Notes: a model not told the origin generated them from the sequence alone. Counted from the first letter of the whole stretch, positions 1-13,560 are shown. The stretch: 63,766 nt of DNA, filler included, from Octopus bimaculoides (GCF_001194135.2; 5 parts of 4 records of this genome joined end to end with filler, not necessarily neighbours in it); one strand, 5' to 3'. Program-made: numbers and translations.

Positions 1-37
<37 letters not shown>

Positions 38-52
38 ATTCTTAATAATAAG

Positions 53-177
53 GATTTGTTCATCCAAAAATTTATTCTATGATTTTATAATGCATATTAT
101 AATATTATATAATTTTATACTGCATATTATAAAAAGCAGTATAAAATTGTAAATCAAATTTTGTGGATGGACAAGTC
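53..177. repeat. Small AT-rich foldback (MITE-like) element
   Basis: Outer imperfect inverted repeat gatttgttcatcc (53-65) / ggatggacaagtc (165-177, 11/13). Inner perfect 13-bp inverted repeat aattttatactgc (111-123) / gcagtataaaatt (136-148). Confidence 0.5.
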
Positions 178-374
178 TCCATACTTTTCATTACTGATAT
201 TAACATATACCCCAGACAATTTTTACCATCCAGCGAAGCGTACACGGAATTAAACATCGGAAGAATTCACAGTATGACTAGCAACTGATACTAGTCACAA
301 TACGTTAAATTCTGATCGAAGTGGTTAGCTGTTAACTGGAACTTAACTGAGAGCCTTGTAGTATATCCCTCCAA

Positions 375-378
<4 letters not shown>

Positions 379-425
<47 letters not shown>

Positions 426-435
426 CATACATACA

Positions 436-469
<34 letters not shown>

Positions 470-470
470 A
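379..470. repeat. Compound (CA)n-(TA)n-(TACA)n microsatellite
   Basis: Directly visible; accounts for ORFs 291..557 and 343..675. Confidence 0.95.
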
Positions 471-594
471 AGTATACCGTACACGTACAGGCACGCATGC
501 ACACAAGTATATAGGTGGATCTATTTGTGTGTATTCTTTCGGAGCCATAATTAACAATATAATTGATGAAAAATAGATAGACAGACATAATTAG

Positions 595-760
595 TAGGAG
601 AGAAAGAGGGAGAGAAAGACTGCGAAAGAGCAAGATATCATGCATAAGTGATACAAGAAAAAAGTAGATTGACATGAGAGAGAGTGAGAGAGAGTGGAAG
701 ACAGGGAGAGAGAGAAAGAGAAACAGAGAGTGGGAGAGAGAAAGAGAGAGAGAGAGAGGA
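595..760. repeat. Degenerate (GA)n purine tract
   Basis: Directly visible; accounts for the Leu/Ser-rich ORF 591..776. Confidence 0.9.
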
Positions 761-1076
761 GCTTCAGCAATGACAATTTGCCAGTAAAATAAATTTACAA
801 GAATTCAGCCTGATCTCCTTCCTCTCCTTGTCTTGGACACTAAAACTGCTGTTCTATATTTGTTATCTTATGGAGCTGGTGTGGTCGTTTTAGTTGTTTA
901 CGAGTTTTTTTCAGTATTGCATATTACAGGATACTATTTTATACCACTGTAAGCCAGCGTACGCGATGTATGCGTTCAGGTGAATCAAAATAAAAATGAC
1001 TGACAATTAATACGCATGTAATGAAAACGAAGATGAAATCTAGATATATACATAAACACATGCAAAAATAAAATAC

Positions 1077-1745
1077 CAAGCAGTGGCTCTCATGGTTTCT
1101 AATCTTAACTGATCGGTTATGTCATCATGAACATATTTAGTCTTAAAATAAAAGATGGAATACAGCGTATATTCTGCTCAATACTACAGATTTGTTTTTC
1201 TCTGATGCAGTATCAGGCAGTGGCTCTCATGGATTCTGGTCTTAACTGATTGGAAATGTTATCATGTAGATGTTTTGCTTTGATATAAAAGATGGGCTAC
1301 AGCGAATATTCTACTCACTACCACAGATTTGCTTGTCAGTTGTTTGATTTTAACCAGTTCGGCATGTACCTTGGTGGATTGCAAAACTTGCATCTCTCAT
1401 CACGAGAAGTAATGGGGGAGCATCATAACCATGTGCTGAACGAAATTCTTTTGTGTTAGAATAACTCACCTGTGAAAACATGAGTGTTTCGTTCATCATC
1501 CTTAAACAATCTTAATTCCGGAACCTTTTGAGCGAGATGGACTACTCGACCTGAAAAAAATTCTAGTCGGGCCCCACCTGTAAGATCATACGCTGTTAAT
1601 CTTGATATGAGATCACCATGTCACCCACATAGGATTGTGATGCATGTGTTTGATGTACCCTTAACACATGCGTAGACATGACGGGTATATTGGGATTCGT
1701 GTATTTATACCCCAATGTCACTTTAATGGCATGTACTGTTCTCAT
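1077..1745 (-). repeat. Interspersed repeat family X, with a tandem duplication of its ~135-bp terminal segment
   Basis: Reverse complement aligns by eye to 35390-35932 and, partially, to 28495-28682. The segment gcagtggctctcatgg...tacagattt occurs twice (about 1080 and 1217). Confidence 0.75.
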
Positions 1746-1780
1746 ACATATACACGCACACATACATAAAATGCATCCCC

Positions 1781-1817
<37 letters not shown>

Positions 1818-1872
1818 NNNNNNNNNNNNNNNNNNNNNNNNNNNNNNNNNNNNNNNNNNNNNNNNNNNNNNN

Positions 1873-1905
<33 letters not shown>

Positions 1906-2328
1906 AGATACGATATAGTCAATTAATTAAACATATAAATACATATTCTCAACATATTTGTCTCAAAGCATATACGCACAGACAGATATAAATTTTTATG
2001 AGCATGCATAGTATACACACAACAGGAAACATACATTCCCTCACCCACAAACTCACACAAATGTGAATTATTATATAGTTTACGTATGTATGTGTATGTA
2101 TACCTATGTCCACACACGCACACACAGTCACACACACGCACACACAAACACATACACACGCATACACACACACTCACACACATATGCATACATTCTTTTT
2201 TTAAACTGGATCTCGAAGTACATATAAGGCTATAAATAATGGCATATAAATATTAGTGTTTAAAACAATTTGGAAAAGAAGTTGAAGGCTTTCAACCGAA
2301 TATTTACATATTATCTATAGTATTATAA

Positions 2329-2494
2329 TGGCAGAAACGTTAGCACACCGGGCGAAATGCTTGGCGGTATTTCGTCTGCTGCTACATTCTGAGTTTAAAT
2401 TCCGCCAAGGTCGACTTAGCTTTCATCCTTTCGGGATAGATTAAAAAGTACCAGTTACGCACTGGGGTCGATGTAATCCCTTTGTCTGTCCCCT
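2329..2494 (+). mobile_element. SINE family B copy (gcagaaacgttagcacgccgggcgaaatgc... family)
   Basis: Matches more than 15 other copies in the window; truncated by an N gap. Confidence 0.85.
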
Positions 2495-2810
2495 NNNNNN
2501 NNNNNNNNNNNNNNNNNNNNNNNNNNNNNNNNNNNNNNNNNNNNNNNNNNNNNNNNNNNNNNNNNNNNNNNNNNNNNNNNNNNNNNNNNNNNNNNNNNNN
2601 NNNNNNNNNNNNNNNNNNNNNNNNNNNNNNNNNNNNNNNNNNNNNNNNNNNNNNNNNNNNNNNNNNNNNNNNNNNNNNNNNNNNNNNNNNNNNNNNNNNN
2701 NNNNNNNNNNNNNNNNNNNNNNNNNNNNNNNNNNNNNNNNNNTTGTAGAAAAGATTATTTATAGCTCTATGTACGTTCTTCGAGATGTAATATTCTTTTT
2801 TCTACTCTAG

Positions 2811-2977
2811 ACCAGTCGTTTAGATCGACCTCAGTACACAACTGGTACTTAATTAATCGACCCCGAAAGGATGAAAGGCAAAGTCGACCTCGGTGGAATT
2901 TGAACTCAGAACGTAATGTCAGACGAAATACCAATAAGCATTTCACCAGGCGTGCTAACGTTTCTGCCAGCTCGCCG
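2811..2977 (-). mobile_element. SINE family B copy
   Basis: Reverse complement of the 2329 copy's consensus. Confidence 0.85.
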
Positions 2978-3335
2978 CTTCCGAGATATAATATTCTATA
3001 AGTGAATTATTTAATGTTCTCACGAAAGCTTACAGAATTCTTATGACATCAGTGATATATACATGTGTGCGTGTGTGTGTGTATGTGTGTGTGTGTAGTT
3101 CAAATTTACATAAAACAAAGGACGAAGACAGGCGAGGGAACAACAAGCAGGTGTGTAATTTTGAGGCTCTGGTTGAATGGAAAGGTCATTGACATTTCGA
3201 GCCTACCGTCTCCGATCGAAAAGTTTCAGAGGCAAAAAGTGGAGTGAGAACGAAAAAAACGTACAAAGAAGTAATGTGTAGGATGAAGCATAATGAAATG
3301 CATACATCATATATATACATATATTATATAGATAT

Positions 3336-3387
<52 letters not shown>

Positions 3388-4129
3388 ACACACATATCAG
3401 CAGTATATGTATAAGCAAATGTATTCATAATCTCCCTGCGCATTCAAAGTTTCAGTCTCTGTACGACAAGGCTGGTCATCATTTTAATCTTAGTATCGTC
3501 ATTGAGATGAGCTTCGACACCAGTTTACTCAATTTCACTCACTGAATCTATTGTATATGATAACGTCCATAGACTGCCAAGCAGTGTAATCATGTAGTTG
3601 TTTCATTGTTTCTGATTCAGGTACAAGGTTATCAGTTTTGGTGTCTGAGCTCTCAAATTCTGCCTAAGAATTTGAACTTAGAACATAAAGCCTGCGAAGG
3701 CATTATTTTTCTTTCCCAACGTTCATTTAATTCTGCCAATTTACTGACATTGTGTCGTCCTGTCATCGCTTCTGATTTAGGCAAACAGTCAGAAAGTTTG
3801 TGGAGACATTTTAGAGGGTTGATTACTATCAGCCCCAACACTTGTATGCTACTCTATTTCATTGGCTCCAAAAAGATGAAACCCAAAGTTGTCTTTGGCG
3901 GGATTTGAACATACAATGCATTTATTTCGATATTCCAACGATTCTTCTATTTTACTGATCTCTTTTAATCATTTAATAAAGCTATAATGTATCTTAAATA
4001 TCAACATATAGATTTCAGGGAGGTATGTACTTCAGCAATATATATATATAAATGAGATAGTGGTACAACAATGCGCCAATATTTACTGGATTTAGCAGTC
4101 GATAATATACGACGCTATAGAAAAGCTTC

Positions 4130-4166
<37 letters not shown>

Positions 4167-5199
4167 NNNNNNNNNNNNNNNNNNNNNNNNNNNNNNNNNN
4201 NNNNNNNNNNNNNNNNNNNNNNNNNNNNNNNNNNNNNNNNNNNNNNNNNNNNNNNNNNNNNNNNNNNNNNNNNNNNNNNNNNNNNNNNNNNNNNNNNNNN
4301 NNNNNNNNNNNNNNNNNNNNNNNNNNNNNNNNNNNNNNNNNNNNNNNNNNNNNNNNNNNNNNNNNNNNNNNNNNNNNNNNNNNNNNNNNNNNNNNNNNNN
4401 NNNNNNNNNNNNNNNNNNNNNNNNNNNNNNNNNNNNNNNNNNNNNNNNNNNNNNNNNNNNNNNNNNNNNNNNNNNNNNNNNNNNNNNNNNNNNNNNNNNN
4501 NNNNNNNNNNNNNNNNNNNNNNNNNNNNNNNNNNNNNNNNNNNNNNNNNNNNNNNNNNNNNNNNNNNNNNNNNNNNNNNNNNNNNNNNNNNNNNNNNNNN
4601 NNNNNNNNNNNNNNNNNNNNNNNNNNNNNNNNNNNNNNNNATATATATATATATACTGGCAAAATGTTAATGGGCGGCAAGTATAGAAAATTTCATCTTA
4701 ACTGGAGGAAGATCATTAAATAAATGTAAACCCATTTGTTAACGTAAATTTGATTAGTTCTTATCGGCTAGATATACCTGAATAAAATCTCAAATGTTCC
4801 TACATCAATACCAGTATACGCTCATCTGAAATGCTTAGCCTTGTTAACAGACTGAGAACAGTGAAATGAAAAAGTTTTCAAAGAAAAAATTATTAAATAG
4901 TGCAGTACAGTAGTATTGCTATCCAGTAAAACAAAGCACATTCAGGTTAAAGTATAAATAAGATAGTGGTACAACGTTGCACCAATATTTACTGGGAACA
5001 GCAGTCGATAACAGAGTTCGGGGAGTTCGTATTTAGATGCTTTTATTAAATTCATTCAGTTGTTAAATATAAATAATTCTTGTTATTAAATGATTTTGAT
5101 TTATTGTCAGGTGACTTTTTGGCTAACCCTGTTCATATATATATATAATATTTGTGTAGAATGTGCAGATATATTATCTATATAATAAACATTTTTTGC

Positions 5200-5453
5200 A
5201 GGCGTGGCAAAAGCTTGCTTCCAAACAAGGATCCGGGTTCAGTCCTAAAGTTCCGGGCCGACCAAAACCCTGAGCGGAGATTTCGTGGACAGTGTTTACA
5301 TGTCTGTATCTATGAGCTGATTTTTGTTCCGATAGAAACAATCCGATACCATAAGTAACAGGTTTAAAAAAAAACAAATACAAGGATCGGTTCGTTCGAC
5401 TAACACCCTACAAAGCAGTGCCCCAGTATGGCCGCAGTCTAATGACAGAAACA
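5200..5453 (+). mobile_element. Degenerate, internally deleted SINE family A copy
   Basis: Retains gggttcagtcc (B-box-like), cgggccgaccaaa and the tail ccagtatggccgcagtctaatgacagaaac shared with 7397-7810. Confidence 0.65.
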
Positions 5454-5499
5454 CACACACACGTGTGTGTGTGTGCGTGCGTGTATAAAATAAAGAAAC

Positions 5500-5790
5500 C
5501 CCCTTCGATTATGAATGTCCATGGGGATGCCCCTCCAAGGCACAAATCTGGGCAAAGTTGTTTATGGAAGACCAGCAGTCGCCCATGCATACCAACCTCC
5601 CCTCTCCACGCCACCAATGTTATCCAAGAGAAAGGCAAAGGGGCCGATACAGCTTGGCACCAGTGACATCACAACTCATTTCTACAGCTGAGTGAACTGG
5701 AGCAAAGTGAAATGGTCTTGCTCACAAATATAGCACACACTCAGGAGTGTAAGCCCAACGCACTAACCACTGAACTATGCGCATTCACAC
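5500..5790 (-). mobile_element. Interspersed repeat / SINE family D-related copy
   Basis: Shares ccatgccaccaatgttat...gatac with 41800-41930, and cagctgagtgaactggagcaa...cttgctca with family D. Confidence 0.5.
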
Positions 5791-6084
5791 ACTCGAGCGC
5801 GCACACACATTGTTGTTGTTCCTTTTAGCAGTTTCCTGACTGAGCACACTTAGGATTAAAACCATTTCAGTTGTGGTTATCATGACTTAATTAAATAATT
5901 TTTTTTATATAATTGAAACTACATTTTTCTGGGGTTTTTTTTTCATTTCCCGGCTGCTTTTAAAGACGAGAGAAATTTGGCTGCTATCTGTAGCTTATCA
6001 AGCAAAATAATAGATAAATGGTTTCCAAGGGGCATCATGCAATGGATATCTAGTTTGTCCTACGCCTTTTTCGTGTATCTCTTT

Positions 6085-6483
6085 TACTCTCTTTTACTTG
6101 TTTCAGTCATTCGACTGCGGCCATGCTGGAGCACCGCCTTTAGTCGAGCAAATCGACCCCGGGACTTATTCTGTGTAAGCCTAGTACTTATTCTATCGGT
6201 CTTTTTTGCCAAACCGCTAAGTGACGGGGACATAAACACACCAGCATCGGTTGTCAAGCAATGCTTGGGGGACTAACACAAACACACAAACATACATACA
6301 CACATATATATAGATATATACGACGGGCTTCTTTCAGTTTCCGTCTACCAAATTGACTCAGAAGGCTTTGGTCGGCCCGAGGCTATAGTAGAAGACACTT
6401 GCCCAAGATGTCACGCAGTGGGACTGAACCCGGAACCATGTGGTTGGTAAGCAAGCTACTTACCACACAGTCACCCCTGCGCC
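6085..6483 (-). mobile_element. tRNA-derived SINE family A, full length
   Basis: Minus-strand head has A-box-like tgactgtgtgg and B-box-like ggttcagtccc, then a central microsatellite and a conserved tail; inverted copy of 7397-7810. Confidence 0.9.
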
Positions 6484-6824
6484 TATAAGTTGTATGTTGA
6501 AGAAAAAATATATACTCACACTTTGTCATAAACAAGTTTGAAGAATAGAACAAGCTAATTGCTTGCTGTAACTGTTCTGATTTTAAAATTTAAAACGTCT
6601 TTTTTCAATAGAAATTTTCTTACGAAGTACGACAGTATTTTTTTTTCAAACTCAAATTTGCCGCGAACATTGAAAACCGTTTTTAATTAATTAATTAATT
6701 TTATATACAACGGGCTTCCATACTGATTTCGTCTATCGTAATCATTCACATATTATTTGTTATGTTTATCATCTCTATAATCAGTTTCATAACTTTCATC
6801 CAAAATTTAAAAAGAAGTTGGGTG

Positions 6825-7290
6825 GAGTGATCTATCAGAATCGTTAGCCAAACTGATTCGCAGCATTTCTTCCAGCTCTTTACGTTCTAAGTTCAAATGA
6901 CACCGAAGTCGATTGTTGCCTTTCGTCCTTGCGCAGTAGATAAAGACAAATATGTCAAGTTAAGCACTGGTATCGTGATACTCGACTATCCACCATCACA
7001 CAATATTTCAGGTCTTGTGCCTATAATAATAATAATAATAAAAATAATAATAAAAGATTATTATCGTTGCTATGGCTGTTGTGGATGACGAAACTGTTTT
7101 AAATTATTGTTTCATAGTCGGGACAAATGATAAAAATGTTAGCCTCTCGGACAGACTACCATGCAAGTATTAGTTCCATCTTTTTTTTTTTTACTTTCTG
7201 AATTCAAATCCAATCGAGGTCCATTCTCAGCCTCAGCCCTCCCAAGGTTGATAAAATAAAGTACAAGTCAGACATTTTGATCGATAAAAT
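6825..7290 (+). mobile_element. Two degenerate SINE family B copies
   Basis: agaatcgttagc...ttctaagttcaaat...gcctttcgtcctt and ttctgaattcaaatcc...gataaaataaagtac. Confidence 0.6.
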
Positions 7291-7396
7291 CAGTGTTTCT
7301 CAACCATTTTTCACATATGGACTCCTCTGATTTCTATTTCACTCGTATAGACTCCTGTAGCCATTCGATGTTTAAAAAATAAAATTATAATCTTTA

Positions 7397-7810
7397 GGCG
7401 CAGGAGTGGCTGTGTGGTATGTAGCTTGCTTCCCAACAACATGGTTCCGGCTTCAGTCCCACAGTGTGGCACCTTGGGTAAGTGTCTTCCACTATAGCCT
7501 CGGGCCGACCAAAGCCTTGTGAGTGGATTTGGTAGACGGAAACTGAAAGAACCCGTCGTATATATGTATATGTATAATGTATATATGTGTGTGTGTGTTT
7601 GTGTGTCTGTGTTTGTCCACCCACCATCGTTTGAAAACCGATGCTGGTGTGTTTACGTCCCCGTCACTTAGCGGTTCGGCAAAACAGACCGATAAAATAA
7701 GTACTAGGCTTCCAAAGAATAAGTCCTGGGGTCGATTTTCTCGACTAAAGGCGGTGCTCCAGCATGGCCGCAGTCAAATGACTGAAACAAGTAAAAGAGT
7801 AAAAGAGTAA
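7397..7810 (+). mobile_element. tRNA-derived SINE family A, full length
   Basis: Pol III A-box tggctgtgtgg and B-box-like ggcttcagtccc, accttgggtaagtgtctt domain, internal (TA/TG)n tract, tail ending in (gtaaaaga)n. Confidence 0.9.
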
Positions 7811-8253
7811 TTATATAAAATAAAATGTTATAATATTTTGCGTATCATAGTAGTATAATCAATCTATTGCAGATAAATTTTACCAAAAAAAAAATAAATA
7901 AATAAAATATCTCATATGGACCCCATGAGCCATATGGGTACCGGTTGAGAACCATAGAGCTAAGTAAACTCACAAACTTCTAGCCGTGTGTCCCTTTTAG
8001 AAACAACCATTATTGTTGTTACTGGATTCGTTATTGATGCTTATTACCGTTGTTAATGCGGTGTGTTAATTTATTGCTGTGGCAGTTGTTAATATTGTTG
8101 TTATTCTTGGTAGTCGTTGTTGTTGTTCTTGTTGTTGTTGTTTTTCAAATGTGTATAAGTAATGACGGTGTTGTTGATTGTAACAGTAGGAACTTACTAG
8201 CGCTAATAAAAGTGAAATGTGACAGTATACTTACGCATACGCGTATTTCTGTC

Positions 8254-8291
<38 letters not shown>

Positions 8292-9010
8292 GTTTGGGTG
8301 TGTTATCTTTCTTCCTCCCTGTTTGTCTGTCCCTCTTTATTTGTGCATGCCTGTCTATGTGAGAAGCGCCAATTCTCGGCGTCCCTTGCTATATAAAAAT
8401 GAGGGTGTATCCGTCATGTGAAAAGATCCTTGTACCCACGCCTTTTTCTTCTATTTCTCTCTCTCTCTCTCTCTCTTTCTCTCCCTCTTTCTCTCCCTCA
8501 CATACACATACAAATATATATATATATAAACATTGGCCTCTATCTTCACTCCTAATTTCTAGTTGTTAACGTCAAGACAGATTAGATATCATCGTGGAAA
8601 AGCAGTATTTAAAGGGTTCCGATATCACCTGTTCATCCTCTAATAACAACAACTCATCAAAGCCTTCCCTACTCCACGGCAGTATGACATTACAGGCGCA
8701 CCGATATAAATGCATGTGAACAGCGTGCGTTTCTCAAATCGTAAAAACACTAAGAATATCTAAGTATGTGCGTGCGTTCGTTTGTCTAAAGCTGTGTGTG
8801 TGTGCGGGTCTGCTTACGAGCGGACCTTCAGAGTGAGTGTGTGCATGTTTGTGCGTGTGAGTGTGTGATTCAGTGTCCCATATTTCTTGGTGTGCGTCTA
8901 CAATTCTTTCTTTCATGCGATCATTTTTGTATGAGTGTACGTTTAAGATATTGTATGTTACTTCTATGGCCGTGTACTTACATTTACAAATACATACACA
9001 TACACACACG

Positions 9011-9051
<41 letters not shown>

Positions 9052-9814
9052 TATATGTACGTGTGTGTGTGTACATTGTGTGTGTGTACATTGTGTGTGT
9101 GTGTGTAAGTGCCTGTGTGTATGCGTACACACACATATATATATATNNNNNNNNNNNNNNNNNNNNNNNNNNNNNNNNNNNNNNNNNNNNNNNNNNNNNN
9201 NNNNNNNNNNNNNNNNNNNNNNNNNNNNNNNNNNNNNNNNNNNNNNNNNNNNNNNNNNNNNNNNNNNNNNNNNNNNNNNNNNNNNNNNNNNNNNNNNNNN
9301 NNNNNNNNNNNNNNNNNNNNNNNNNNNNNNNNNNNNNNNNNNNNNNNNNNNNNNNNNNNNNNNNNNNNNNNNNNNNNNNNNNNNNNNNNNNNNNNNNNNN
9401 NNNNNNNNNNNNNNNNNNNNNNNNNNNNNNNNNNNNNNNNNNNNNNNNNNNNNNNNNNNNNNNNNNNNNNNNNNNNNNNNNNNNNNNNNNNNNNNNNNNN
9501 NNNNNNNNNNNNNNNNNNNNNNNNATATATATATATATATATACATACATACATACATATATACATATACACGCACACATACAGACATACAGTCATGTAT
9601 GTAGGTGTGTCTATGTGTGTATCCTGGACACGGAATGCTGGTCGTGGCAAAATTATGCTTAACTGTATTTATCGCATTAATTGATTAATTAATTTATCAA
9701 TTTATTGATTTATTTATACTTTTATCGTTTTCCTTTCATGATTTATTGATTCAGTTATTGACCTGCTACCACTCTGGGGGTACAGCCAGGAAATGGTTGT
9801 ATCCCCAGCGTGGG

Positions 9815-10101
9815 GTTTCATTGAAACTCCACAGACACGTGTACCCTTAACATATTCTCGGGGATATTCAGCGTGACACAGTGTGTGACAAGGCTGAACC
9901 TTTGAATTACAGGCACAACAGAAACAGGAAGTAAGAGTGAGAGAAAGTTGTGGTGAAAGAGTACAGCAGGGTTCGCCAGCATCCCCTGCCGGAGCCTGGT
10001 GGAGCTTTAGGTGTTTTCGCTCAATAAACACTCACAACGCCTGGTCTGGGAATCGAAACCGCGATCCTATGACCGCGCGTCCGCTGCCCTAACCACTGGG
10101 C
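9815..10101 (-). mobile_element. tRNA-derived SINE family C copy, 3' end missing
   Basis: Near-identical in reverse complement to 14397-14690; A-box ggcccagtgg and B-box ggtttcgattcc. Confidence 0.9.
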
Positions 10102-10429
10102 CAATATATATTATTATTATTTTATTTAAAAGAATTCCAACTCTGTCTGTTTTTATGTTTTATTTATACTCTTGTAAAATTAATGTGGGATATAGAATAT
10201 GGAATATATAATATATAATATACAATATAAAAATGGATTGTACAATGAAATGAAGTATTGAATGTCTTATTGAATGTATGGAATATGTCTTATTGAATAT
10301 ATGAAATATTGAGTGTTCAATATAAAGGATTAAATATATAAAGGCGAATACGTATTTTCTATACCTTGTGGTATTTCATCATGGCCGGTATGACAGACTG
10401 TAACAGACTGTATATATATATATATAACT

Positions 10430-10640
10430 TTAATCTTTTAGTTGTTTCATTCATTAGACAGCGGTCATGCTGGAGTACAGCCTTAGCAAATTTTTAGTCG
10501 AATGTATCGACCCCAGTATTTATTGTTTTAAAGTATGTTATTTATTTTATCGCCCCTTTTGCCAGACCGCTAAGTTACGACAACGTATACACACCATCAC
10601 TGGTTGTCAACGATGGTAGTGGTGCAACAAAAATAGACGC
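10430..10640 (-). mobile_element. SINE family A, 3' half
   Basis: cagcggtcatgctggagtacagcc...gaccccagta...ccgctaagttacg matches the family A tail. Confidence 0.75.
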
Positions 10641-10766
10641 ACACATGGATATATTACATATATGTGTTTGCGTGTGCTTGTGCGTGTGCTTGTGCGTGTG
10701 CTTGTGCCTGTGTGTGTGTCTATGTGTGTATATAGATATATATATCTATAGATATATGTATCTATT

Positions 10767-10809
<43 letters not shown>

Positions 10810-10909
10810 NNNNNNNNNNNNNNNNNNNNNNNNNNNNNNNNNNNNNNNNNNNNTTAATTAATTAANNNNNNNNNNNNNNNNNNNNNNNNNNNNNNNNNNN
10901 NNNNNNNNN
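10810..10909. other. Artificial scaffold join (44 N + TTAATTAATTAA + 44 N)
   Basis: Exactly 100 bp; the 12-mer gives stop codons in all six frames; the same construct occurs four times in the window. Confidence 0.95.
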
Positions 10910-11297
10910 GGGGGGGGGGTAACATGTTTCCGGAAGTTGAATACCAACATGAATGAGCCAGATTTTGTTTAAGGGTTTTATTTGAGGTTCCAGCATTATT
11001 TGCATGTGGAGCCTAGTCTAAATCTTTAGTGTTTTCGTATGCACATACGCACTAACACACACACATACACACACACACATACACACACACACATATACAC
11101 ACATATTCATATATATTCACATACATATGCACTCATGCACAAAGATACTCACACACGAGTTCGCACACATGTATACATATAAGTATTTACATTTGCATAT
11201 ATGTATGTGTGTTTGTATGTATATACGCACGTATGAACGTGTTCATTTACAAATACATGTTCTGTATTTATATGCATATATTTTATTCTATAATTTG

Positions 11298-11332
<35 letters not shown>

Positions 11333-11544
11333 TGAATCTCCTTGATTCTTTTAATATGCTTGTTCCCTGGTATTAAATTGATATTAATTAATATCTGATT
11401 TTTTACCCTACTGTTTTAATTTATATATATATATATATATATATATAAACGCACAAGCACTCACACACACACATATATATATATATGTATGTATACACTC
11501 ACATATACAGAAATGTATGTATGTGTGTTATCCTTCAATTTTAT

Positions 11545-11927
11545 TTCAAGGTTTCTTGCTAATAGAGAAAGATCCGGTTTCTAACCTAGATCCAAGGCTC
11601 ATTCATTGGAATTTCAACACCAACAACAGGGAATTTTTGTATGTATGTATGTATGCATGCATGTATGTATATTTGAAGATTTGTATGTTTTGTTTTATGT
11701 ACGTATTCTCAGGCATATAGTTGTATATCTAGACATGCTTATATATATTTAAATGATGAACTTCTGGAAGGTTTTACAGAAATTTTTACAGTTCCAGTGA
11801 TGGGTTGGATCTGTAGTCTTCGAATTAGCTTTCTCCTTTCTGGTTTTGAGAAGCCTAATTTCTCAAGATTGGTATTTATGCAGTGTGTTGCATATCCCAG
11901 GGCCGCAATAATTACAGGTATAAACCT
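11545..11927 (-). mobile_element. 3' terminus of a retroelement with a restriction-like endonuclease (RLE)
   Basis: Minus-strand translation RFIPVIIAALG...LEKLGFSKPERRKLIRRLQIQPITGTVK resembles the PVIIGALG end of RLE domains; followed by a 3' UTR; 1-nt frameshift near the end. Confidence 0.6.
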
Positions 11928-12924
11928 TATGTATGCATGTACGTACGTGTGTATGTATGTAAGTATATTTTTGCCTTGATTTTCTGTTGAAGATACTTCT
12001 TTAAGTGAGGTGGCATAAAAAGAAAGCCGAACATATCTGCGCAAAACCAATCCACTTCATTATGCCCTGAATGGTGACTCGTTCAAAGCGTTCAACAATT
12101 TTGTAAATTGTTTATTATTAAAATCATGCTTAAATAGGTTTTATTTTTACTAAGAAACACAACGTTAATTTTCCAAGTGTTGATAAGTTCAAAGGAAGCT
12201 ACTTCGTATAAAGAACTGAGAGTTAATTCTGAGAGTGAATCAAATACTTTATATTTTATCGTTAGTCCGACATTCGGAGCCAGATTCGTCAATGAAATAT
12301 TTTTTATTTGCAGCACTGTGTTTCATTGAACAGCTCATATTTGTTGATTATTTTCTTCACACAAGTCTTTCATTCACATTACTATCATATGTATTCGTAT
12401 ATATGTCGAATACCGAATTTAATCTCAGTACAAAATTGTTTCCCATCAAAGCTTTAACTTTGCCCCATGAACCAGTCGCACCTCAAGTTTTTTTCGATCA
12501 AAATAGCATATAAAGCAGTGTGACTGAATCACGAATAGCAACAGTAATCTCTTTCTTTCAATAATTTATCAGAGAATGACTCATTTGTGACACATTTTAC
12601 CTTAGTAATCTGATACATTTATCTGTCAATTTTCTCTCCGTTTTTTTTTTTTTTTTCATATCTGTCCTTATACTTGACAAATGCAAATTCAGAGTCGTTT
12701 GATGACTTAGTCCAGTCTTAACATTTTCCATTCGGCGAATCATTTTCATTTTATCTTAAGTTACTATTATACGTAATCTCTTGATGACTCGAACAATTAG
12801 AGTCATTAATCTCTTCTAATCCAGCGCTTTAAAAGATTTTTACGAGCCTCAAAATTCATGTGGCCAGTTACCTGCTTGTCATGGCGTATAAGTATCTGAG
12901 ATTAACAGACCGTTATAGGGATCA

Positions 12925-13075
12925 AGGCCAGCAACTTTGAATAAAAGGTCAAGTCGATTTCATCGATCCCAGTATTTGAGTGGTACTTTATTTTATTTAC
13001 CTCGAAGAAATGAAAGACAAAGTTGACCTCGGCGGGATTTGAGCTCAGGACGTAAAGAGCCGGAAGGAATATGTG
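12925..13075 (-). mobile_element. SINE family B copy
   Basis: gtcgatttcatcgatcccagta...gttgacctcggcgggatttgagctcaggacgt. Confidence 0.8.
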
Positions 13076-13471
13076 TCTGTTTATCAACTTTTACAAGGTA
13101 AATGTTACAAGGGAACTTAGAGTTTAAAGTACTAATTAGCCGGTCAAGTAACTTCCTCGATGTTACCTTTCTAATAGAACCCTTCGACATGAACCCCACA
13201 AAACATACTCCATTTTCTAACATTTGGGGGATATTAGGCCTTTCAGGCACACACTGTCAGTCATACGCGCTCACGCATGCACACACATACATACATACGC
13301 ATATATGAATATAGTTATGTATGTATACACCCATATCCAATTTCTTATATGCACAGGAGATATTTTCCTACTTAGAAAATGATATACCCAATACTTTACA
13401 TCTTTATACGGAGAATGTTTATATCTCCCGCTTTCACACACATACATATATACAGATATATACATACATGC

Positions 13472-13512
<41 letters not shown>

Positions 13513-13521
13513 TATATATAC

Positions 13522-13560
<39 letters not shown>

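Noticed and set aside
3540-3660. Possible 121-nt minus-strand exon (AEFESSDTK...YNRF) with a GTGAGT donor
   Set aside because: The acceptor overlaps a SINE-B-like ttctaagttcaaatt motif, the peptide is unrecognisable, and no partner exon was found.
7397-7480. tRNA genes
   Set aside because: All A/B-box-bearing segments run into SINE bodies, and none forms a complete cloverleaf.
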